Below are positions 57,277-64,000 of a stretch of DNA of 64,000 nt, in pieces; within the stretch, counting starts at the first letter, position 1; the number at the start of each line of letters is the position of its first letter. Position numbers and translations under genes: made by a program. The notes under the pieces were generated by a model. The model was not told where the DNA came from and ran no database searches. It saw nothing but the letters and a program-made list of their open reading frames with translations. The DNA is from a virus, in IMG/VR virus record IMGVR_UViG_3300017598_001140, positions 15,531 through 79,530 of that record, one strand, 5' to 3'.

Positions 57277-58359
57277 ATGCCTACTTTAGAAGAAATGCGA
57301 CAGTGGATGAGGGGTAAAAAAATCGACGGGTTTCCGGACAAAGAAAAATACGATTCGAGGCACGCCGAGAGAAAGAACCGGGCCAAAGAGAAGAAGAGAA
57401 AAATCAAAGGCGGTGTGTCTGTTGAAGCGATGAAGAGAGGGCGTTCAAAGCGAACTGGAAAATTTGTCATAAGCGAGAGCGGCGAGGACGCTTTGATTTT
57501 ATTCGGTAAGCATAGCGGGAAGAATTTGTCGGAGATAAAAGTGCTCGCTCCGGGCTATTTGGAATGGATGTTGAAGGACGGTAATTTTCCCGCTTATTTG
57601 ATCGATGTGGTCAAGTACCAGTTGGGGCGGGCTCCAGCTCCGACGAAAGAAGAAGACGAAGGCGATTTTGAAGATGGCTATGGATTGACATTGGCGGATC
57701 TCGAAGCTAGCACTGCTCTTGTTGCTTTTGTTGCTCACGAAAAAATTCGTCACATTGAGCCCAAAGCGGTGAACAAATTTCATAGAGATTGGGATACAAA
57801 ATGCAGTTACGGTTCTGAAAGAGATCCGGAAAGGGCTGTGCGAATATTTGCAGAAGTTTTTGTCGGCGACCACATTGAAGGCGTGAATCCGGTTGGCACG
57901 GTGAAATGTGTTGCGGAAAAAATTTTAGAGCGACTTCAAGAGAAAGTAGATTACGCTAACCGAAAAGGTAGTGGTGTTGGACCGGATTTGTCCAGGCCAT
58001 ACCGGCACTGTGGCGAGGGGAGTACGCTTGTCAATGTTGATTGTGATAGTGTCGAGCTGGCTCTGGATGCTCATTCGAAAATAAGAATTCCTAGCGCTTC
58101 TGTTGTGAAGGCATTTCGCAGAGATTGGGCGGGTAAAAAAACAGCGACCGGAAGAAGAATTTTGTTGGGTGCATATGTCAAAGATTGTCACCTTGAAGGA
58201 CCGTGGCCACATGGCACGTTGGAGAAAACGAAGGGCGAAGTTTTCAACAGGCTTCAAGAAGAAATCGAGTACATGAACGGCGAAAGGATGCAGCCGGATT
58301 TGCTGAGAGCTTACGAAGAAGAAGAGGAAGACGACGGGGATTATGAAATCCCGTTTTAA
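57277..58359 (+). CDS. Hypothetical protein with FGKHxG..YLxW (DUF3820-like) domain and a duplicated C-terminal domain
   Basis: LFGKHSGKNLSEI...PGYLEWML; two AHxKIR...RDW...EG..PxGT...RLQE..xYxN units. Confidence 0.6.
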   Translation: MPTLEEMRQWMRGKKIDGFPDKEKYDSRHAERKNRAKEKKRKIKGGVSVEAMKRGRSKRTGKFVISESGEDALILFGKHSGKNLSEIKVLAPGYLEWMLKDGNFPAYLIDVVKYQLGRAPAPTKEEDEGDFEDGYGLTLADLEASTALVAFVAHEKIRHIEPKAVNKFHRDWDTKCSYGSERDPERAVRIFAEVFVGDHIEGVNPVGTVKCVAEKILERLQEKVDYANRKGSGVGPDLSRPYRHCGEGSTLVNVDCDSVELALDAHSKIRIPSASVVKAFRRDWAGKKTATGRRILLGAYVKDCHLEGPWPHGTLEKTKGEVFNRLQEEIEYMNGERMQPDLLRAYEEEEEDDGDYEIPF

Positions 58360-58368
58360 GGAAGCTAG

Positions 58369-61300
58369 ATGAAAAAGAAAAAAGAAGATTTTGTTCACTT
58401 GCATGTGCACTCTGATTTTTCGCAGTTGGACGGCTGCGGGAAAGTTTCCAAGTACGTCGAAGAGGCGGCGAGAAGAGGTTCTCCGGCGATAGCTTTCACG
58501 GAGCACGGAAGCATGAGAGGCTACTACCAGGAACATAAAGAATGCGAAGAGCACGACGTGAAGCCGATTTACGGAATTGAATTTTATGTGGCCAACGACA
58601 TGAAAAGGAAGGGGCTCACGGATGTCGAGAGAGATTTTTTAACTCAGGGGTTGAAGCGAAGCGAGCATAAAGCCGCTGTGAAAAAATACGAAGAAAAAGA
58701 AGGTATCAGAGATAGGTGGCATTTGACGGCGTGGGCTAGAAACAACAAAGGCTTGAAAAATCTTTTCAGACTTTCAACGTTGGCGTACACGGATGGTTTT
58801 TATTACAAGCCGAGAATTGATGTCGAGACGTTGATGAGGTACAGCAAAGGTGTTTCGATAGCGACCGGTTGTGCTTCAAGTGTTATGCACGATAGATTTT
58901 TTAACGGTCAAAAAAAGAAGGCGTTTGAGATAGCCGAGCAGCTTCGTGAAAAGTTTGGCGAAAACATGTGGCTCGAAGTTCAGCCTCACGATCTAGATAT
59001 TCAGGTTTCTGCAAACGAGTTTAATTTGGAGTTGAAGCGGAGGTGGGGAAAGAAGGCGAAGCTGTTAGCAACTCAGGACGCTCATTATGTTAAACGTGGA
59101 GACTCTGAGCACCACGACGTAATGCTGTGCATAGGGACAGGGAATACTTTGTCGAATCCTAATCGTTTCAGTTTTGGTTCAGATCAATTTTGGATGAAGA
59201 CTAGGAAAGAAATGCGCGAGGCTTTCATTGTCAATCATCCGCACATGTCAAAAGAGCAAGTGAAAGAGGCGCTGGACAGTACTGTTCTTTTTTCCGAGCA
59301 AGTTAAAGCGAAAGTGAAGATCGATTATCATGCTGCTTTGCTGCCACACGTAGAGGTTCCGAAGCCGTTTGAAAACGAGTGGCATTATTTGAAACAGCTT
59401 TGTGTTCGCGGTTGGAGCTGGCGAGATATGACCAGCAGAATAACAGCGGTGGCAAAAAAAGAAGGCAGAACTTTTTCGGACATGCAAGCGGTTTACAAAA
59501 AACGTTTGTTGATGGAATTGTCCGCGCTGAAAAAGCAAAATTTTATTTCGTACTTTTTGATCGTCCACGATTTGTACGATTGGGTCAGAGAACAGAAAAT
59601 AATGTGCGGGCCGGGTCGTGGTTCTGTGGCTGGAAGTCTTGTTTCTTTTCTGCTTGGGTTTACTTGTGTCGACCCGGTAGAGCACGGTTTGATTTTCGAG
59701 CGGTTTATAAACCCAGAGAGAATCGATTTGCCGGACATTGATATGGATTTTGAGGACGACAGGCGTTTGGAAATCATGGGCTACTTGAGAGAGAAGTACG
59801 GGCATAAAAATGTGGCTCAGATAGCAACGGTCGGAAGGCTGTCAGGAAAGCAGTGTGTCAAAGATGTTTCGAGAGTTCTTGACGTTCCTTATTTGGAGGC
59901 GCAGGAGGTCACGGGTAGCATAGTGGAAACGGACAAAGCAGAAGACGAAGGCATGTTGGAAACTGCTTTTTCAGAAATAAAAGTTTGTCGAGATTTTGAC
60001 AAAAAATATCCCGACGTTTTGAGGCACGCCGTTGTCCTTGAAGGCATGGCGAAAACGCTTGGAATCCATGCGGCCGGTTGCGTGGTTGCTCCGGACAGGC
60101 TTGTCAAATATTTGCCGCTTGAAGTGAGAAAGTACAAAGGGCAAGACGTGGTTGTGACAGCTCTTGACATGAGAGGAGTCGCCGCAATGGGTTTGGTCAA
60201 GCTCGATGTTTTAGGCTTGCGGGTTTTAACCGTTTTGAGGGAGTGCGTTGAAGCGATAAAAGAAAGCAAGGGCGTCGACGTTGAACTTGAAAAAATCGAC
60301 ATGAATGACAAAGAAGTTTTGCAGCTTTTTACGGAGCAAGATTTCAGCGGAGTTTTTCAGTATGATACGCCTTCAATGCAAAAAGTTTCTGACGGTGTGG
60401 TATACGATTCTTTTAGTGACATCGTTGCTTTGAACGCGCTGAATAGGCCGGGGACAACAAGAAGCGGTTTGGCGGATCAATTTGTTCAGAGAAAGAAAAA
60501 TCCGAAGCTTGTAAAAAAGGATTTGTTTCATCCTAAAGTGACAGAGATAACGTCGGACACTTTAGGGATCATAGTTTATCAGGAACATGTGATTAAAATA
60601 TTTACGGATGTGGCTGGCTACTCACTAGCGAAAGCCGACAAGCTCAGAAGCGCAATCGGAAAAAGCAAAGGCGACAAGGTGATCGAAAAAGAGAGGCGCA
60701 AGTTTACCAAAGGGGCGATAAAATATTCCGGTTTGCTAGAAGAAGAAGCGACGAAAGTATTCAACGCGATTATCAGGTTTGGATCTTACGGCTTTAATAA
60801 AAGCCACGCCACGGCGTACGGTTTAAATGCATACTGGTGCCAGTGGATGAAGCATTATTATCCGTTGGAATTTTACTGGGCGATGATGAAAAACGAGCCG
60901 CAGCTTGTGAAGATTCAATCTTTAGCCAGGGACGCAAAGGCGAGGGGGATAAAAATTTTGTCTCCGGATGTTTCTGTTAGTTCTAAAAATTTTACAATTG
61001 ATAAAAAAGAGAACGCGATTCGAGGGAGCCTTTTGGACATTAAAAACGTCGGCGAGTCGGCTGCTCAGGAAATCGAAAACAACAGGCCGTTCAAAAATTT
61101 TATTGATTTTTTGAGCAGAGTGAATCGGCGAAAATGCCACAAGGGAGTCGTGCTTGCTTTGGCGAAATCAGGCGCGCTTGATTCGCTGCTTCCTAACTCG
61201 AAGTGGTTTATAGAAAACATGGAAGAATTTTGGAGGAAGTTGAACAAGGAAGGTCTTGAGTCTAAAAGTATCCGCGTCGATTTGATAAAGTCGTTTGATG

Positions 61301-62169
61301 AGGATGATTACGAGAAGGAAGATAAACAGCTTGTGGCTTTGTCTGTAAACCCGGTTGCTTTTGGTGAGCATCCGCTTGACGCTTATAAGAAATTTATCGA
61401 GAAAAATATCACTGTGAAAATCGCTTCAACAAGTGAGGAAAATTTTTACAAGAAAAACGACGGGAAGACGGTTTTTATTTTCGGGAGTATCCAGAAGAAA
61501 AAAATAGGTCGTGTGGGTGATTTTCATACAGGTGAGCTGCCAGACGAAACAAAGAGGAAAAAGATGTTTTGGGGCTCTCAATTTGCGAACGTTCATTTGG
61601 AAGACGCCAAAGGGGTCCAGAACCGCGTCAAATTCGATTACGACGTATTTGACAACCTGTACCACGTTATAGATTCGGGCGACTCCACGCCTATCCTAGC
61701 CTGTGTCAACGTGGATGATGAATATAAGGCTTTGAGAGTCAATTTTGCTGTCAATATCGAAGAGATTCGGGTCAAGTTAAAAAGAGGGGATGAGCTTGAC
61801 TTTTGGGAGCGCGTGGTTTGCGGAGGACATCCGGCTTTGAGCTATCCGTGGAAATCGAAAAAGCTGAAGCGCAAATTTTTAAGCGATGTTGAAGCGAAGA
61901 AATCTAAGGTCGAATTTTGCGGGGTCGTTACGCATGCAAAATTGCGTTACGATAAGCGCGGAAACCAGATGTGCTTTTTTGGTTTGCTTGGTGTCAAGAA
62001 GCATGTTGAAGTGGTTTGCTTTTCGGCGGCGTGGGCTAGAGTCCGAAAAGTAGTGAAACCACAGAGCTTGATGATTCTGGAATTGAAGAGAGCGCGGAAG
62101 GTTGGAAAACCGGCTTCTTATTTTTTTGACGGTGGCGAAGTTAGGGTGCTGAAAAAATCACCTTCCTGA
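58369..62169 (+). CDS. dnaE: DNA polymerase III alpha subunit (family C)
   Basis: PHP domain FVHLHVHS, GFYYKPRID, TQDAHY; GPGRGSVAGS; PDIDMDF; GIHAAG; KLDVLGL; YGFNKSHA; C-terminal OB fold. Confidence 0.96.
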   Translation: MKKKKEDFVHLHVHSDFSQLDGCGKVSKYVEEAARRGSPAIAFTEHGSMRGYYQEHKECEEHDVKPIYGIEFYVANDMKRKGLTDVERDFLTQGLKRSEHKAAVKKYEEKEGIRDRWHLTAWARNNKGLKNLFRLSTLAYTDGFYYKPRIDVETLMRYSKGVSIATGCASSVMHDRFFNGQKKKAFEIAEQLREKFGENMWLEVQPHDLDIQVSANEFNLELKRRWGKKAKLLATQDAHYVKRGDSEHHDVMLCIGTGNTLSNPNRFSFGSDQFWMKTRKEMREAFIVNHPHMSKEQVKEALDSTVLFSEQVKAKVKIDYHAALLPHVEVPKPFENEWHYLKQLCVRGWSWRDMTSRITAVAKKEGRTFSDMQAVYKKRLLMELSALKKQNFISYFLIVHDLYDWVREQKIMCGPGRGSVAGSLVSFLLGFTCVDPVEHGLIFERFINPERIDLPDIDMDFEDDRRLEIMGYLREKYGHKNVAQIATVGRLSGKQCVKDVSRVLDVPYLEAQEVTGSIVETDKAEDEGMLETAFSEIKVCRDFDKKYPDVLRHAVVLEGMAKTLGIHAAGCVVAPDRLVKYLPLEVRKYKGQDVVVTALDMRGVAAMGLVKLDVLGLRVLTVLRECVEAIKESKGVDVELEKIDMNDKEVLQLFTEQDFSGVFQYDTPSMQKVSDGVVYDSFSDIVALNALNRPGTTRSGLADQFVQRKKNPKLVKKDLFHPKVTEITSDTLGIIVYQEHVIKIFTDVAGYSLAKADKLRSAIGKSKGDKVIEKERRKFTKGAIKYSGLLEEEATKVFNAIIRFGSYGFNKSHATAYGLNAYWCQWMKHYYPLEFYWAMMKNEPQLVKIQSLARDAKARGIKILSPDVSVSSKNFTIDKKENAIRGSLLDIKNVGESAAQEIENNRPFKNFIDFLSRVNRRKCHKGVVLALAKSGALDSLLPNSKWFIENMEEFWRKLNKEGLESKSIRVDLIKSFDEDDYEKEDKQLVALSVNPVAFGEHPLDAYKKFIEKNITVKIASTSEENFYKKNDGKTVFIFGSIQKKKIGRVGDFHTGELPDETKRKKMFWGSQFANVHLEDAKGVQNRVKFDYDVFDNLYHVIDSGDSTPILACVNVDDEYKALRVNFAVNIEEIRVKLKRGDELDFWERVVCGGHPALSYPWKSKKLKRKFLSDVEAKKSKVEFCGVVTHAKLRYDKRGNQMCFFGLLGVKKHVEVVCFSAAWARVRKVVKPQSLMILELKRARKVGKPASYFFDGGEVRVLKKSPS

Positions 62170-62209
62170 GAGCAAAACCAGAAATGAATAGTGGTGGCAC
62201 GGAGGATGC

Positions 62210-62527
62210 ATGCCGGAAGGCAAAGGAACCAAAAATATTTGGGACTTGGCGCAAGAAGTTGGGTTGAATCCCGTCGTGTGTTCTTGTGGTGAGAAACTCG
62301 ACGGGGCTTCTGCGTTAGAAGATTTTTTCCAAATGATAATTTCGTCGTGCAAAGACGGAAGCGAAGTGAGAATAAAAAACTTTGGAACGTTCAGCGCGAA
62401 AGTGCTCAAAGGCAGAAAAGTGAAGTCGTCGGCTTTGCATGCTGGCGAGGTCGATTTTGACGACGCCCTTGTTCTACGTTTCAGGCAATCGGCGGTTTGT
62501 AAAAAAGAGCTAAACAAAAAGAGGTGA
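62210..62527 (+). CDS. HU/IHF-like DNA-binding protein
   Basis: EVRIKNFGTF...LRFRQS...KKELN. Confidence 0.75.
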   Translation: MPEGKGTKNIWDLAQEVGLNPVVCSCGEKLDGASALEDFFQMIISSCKDGSEVRIKNFGTFSAKVLKGRKVKSSALHAGEVDFDDALVLRFRQSAVCKKELNKKR

Positions 62528-62530
62528 AGA

Positions 62531-63061
62531 ATGGCTAATGTGGTGAAGATAAAAGTCAACGGCGTCGACATAGAAACGGACCTTGATGAAGATCTTGTTA
62601 TCAATGATGTGGGAGAGGAGCAAAGAGACATTGCTTCTAAAATGGGTTACTGGGGAGCGCTTGCTGCTGCGGCTGATTCGGAGAAGATAAAAACCGATGC
62701 TTATTACAGAGCGTGGAGGGCAAAAATCGGCACGAGTATTTTGCTCAAAGATCCGAAGTCGGCGGAGTGGAAAGTCAAACAAAAAATCGAGGCGCATGAA
62801 GACTTTGAAAAATTGAAAGCGGCCATAGCAATGGCGGCACACAACGTGACTTTGTGCCGTAACAATTTTGAGTCTTTCAAAACGAAAGCGGCTCAGCTTC
62901 AAAGCAAAGGTGCGATGATGAGATCTGAGCTAGATGCGACCGGGATGACAACAAAAGAAAAGAGGCCACCAAAGACGGCCAAGGCGAAAAGAAAAAAGAA
63001 AGAAAAAGAGTCAGAGAAAACTGAGAAAACTAAACACATGAAAAACGTTTTCGGAAAGTAA
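62531..63061 (+). CDS. UvsY-like helical recombination mediator
   Basis: DLVIND...YWGALAA...KSAEWKVKQKIE...FKTKAAQLQSKGA; adjacent to the SSB gene. Confidence 0.55.
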   Translation: MANVVKIKVNGVDIETDLDEDLVINDVGEEQRDIASKMGYWGALAAAADSEKIKTDAYYRAWRAKIGTSILLKDPKSAEWKVKQKIEAHEDFEKLKAAIAMAAHNVTLCRNNFESFKTKAAQLQSKGAMMRSELDATGMTTKEKRPPKTAKAKRKKKEKESEKTEKTKHMKNVFGK

Positions 63062-63088
63062 CGAAAGGCGAAAGCCAAGGAGAAAAAA

Positions 63089-64000
63089 ATGTCAGTAAAC
63101 ATGAGCAAGATGAAGAAGGGTTTCGAGAAGCAGCAAAAAGGAACGGACTTTTTGCAAGTGCAAGAAGGCGACACGATTTTCTATGTGCATCCGCCTTGCA
63201 GAGAAGACGACAGCCACGAGCCAACGGCCGGAACAAATTACATTGCGGCCGGGGTTCATTACGGTGTTGGTTCTAAGAAAAATATGGTTGTCTGTTTGGA
63301 CAAAAAAATAAACGATTGGCTGCCACATCCGTTTATTAAAAAGCTGCTCAAAAAGAACAGAGTCAACCCCGGCAAAAGTTGCCCAGTGTGCAACGCTATC
63401 GAAGACGGAACGCTTGAAGATGTTGAAGCCGACGAGTCGAGGTTGACGACGAGATATGTGTGGGGTTTAACGCCTTTGATGTATCGAAAAAAGAAGACTG
63501 CGAATTGGCAGAAGCTTGAGGCGTCTCCAACGGTCGGCATGTTGTCAAAAACTATCTATGACGGAATTATGGATGCGTTTTTTGAGTACAACGACATAAC
63601 AGATCCGGACGCTGCTATTTTCATCAGAATAAGCAGGACAGGCTCCGGTAAAAATGACACGAGATACAAGGTTGTTGTTCATGGCGATACGGCGTCGAAA
63701 CCAAAGAAGCTTCAAAAGAAATTAAAAGCTACTTTGAAAGAGGCAATGGCCGAAGGTGGTTCTTGTGATCTCTTCGCTATAGTTTCAGCAATGGTGCGTG
63801 ACCAAAAAGAGGTCAAGGCTTTGCTTGCCGGAGTGCCCGTTGAAGAGGTGGACGAAGACGAGGACGACGAGGACGACGACGAAGAAGAAGACCTCGGCAC
63901 TGAGCGGGAAGATTTGGACGAAGACGACGACGACGACGACGACGACGAGGACGATTTAGACGACGACGAGGACGACGACGACGAGGACGAGGACGAGGAC
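63089..64000 (+). CDS. gp32-like single-stranded DNA-binding protein, 3'-truncated
   Basis: Not in the ORF track (no stop in window). AGGAG RBS; reads MSVNMSKMKK...VHYG..VVCL..CPVC..DITDP..RTGSGKNDTRYKV, then a long Asp/Glu tract. Confidence 0.75.
   Translation, partial: MSVNMSKMKKGFEKQQKGTDFLQVQEGDTIFYVHPPCREDDSHEPTAGTNYIAAGVHYGVGSKKNMVVCLDKKINDWLPHPFIKKLLKKNRVNPGKSCPVCNAIEDGTLEDVEADESRLTTRYVWGLTPLMYRKKKTANWQKLEASPTVGMLSKTIYDGIMDAFFEYNDITDPDAAIFIRISRTGSGKNDTRYKVVVHGDTASKPKKLQKKLKATLKEAMAEGGSCDLFAIVSAMVRDQKEVKALLAGVPVEEVDEDEDDEDDDEEEDLGTEREDLDEDDDDDDDDEDDLDDDEDDDDEDEDED

Noticed and set aside
58369-62169. Intein or intron in dnaE or the helicases
   Set aside because: Motifs are contiguous at normal spacing, with no intein splice motifs or homing endonuclease seen.
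1-64000. Alternative genetic code; prophage or eCIS/tailocin interpretation
   Set aside because: Genes are full length under the standard code and use all three stops. Capsid, portal and replication genes argue against a tailocin, and no integrase or host genes are visible.

Overview
The window is an uninterrupted ~64 kb segment of a large tailed dsDNA phage with a contractile tail (myovirus-type). All credible genes are on the + strand and many are translationally coupled (TAATG/ATGA overlaps). Gene order: portal (5'-truncated), MuF head protein fused to a PI3/PI4-kinase/HipA-like domain, XkdF-like protease, scaffold and major capsid, a 2435-aa His-rich modular repeat fibre, neck, sheath, tube, a frameshifting tail chaperone, tape measure, baseplate and fibres (with an inserted QueC-like gene), a holin/spanin-like cassette with no recognisable endolysin, a replication block (SF2 helicase, initiator, DnaC-like loader, DnaB, primase), then an apparently early block behind two near-identical sigma70-type promoters (zinc-finger-MoxR AAA+, HExxH-VWA, sigma-like factor), a structured RNA element, a flavoprotein, DnaE, HU-like, UvsY-like and a 3'-truncated gp32-like SSB. 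I found no tRNA, rRNA, CRISPR array, integrase, transposase or reverse transcriptase. The best candidate for an undescribed system is the virion-borne MuF-kinase effector with its small downstream partner gene. Runners-up are a second protein carrying the scaffold's C-terminal motif, the modular His-repeat fibre, and the ZnF-AAA/peptidase-VWA/sigma early module. All calls come from reading motifs by eye; no database searches were run.
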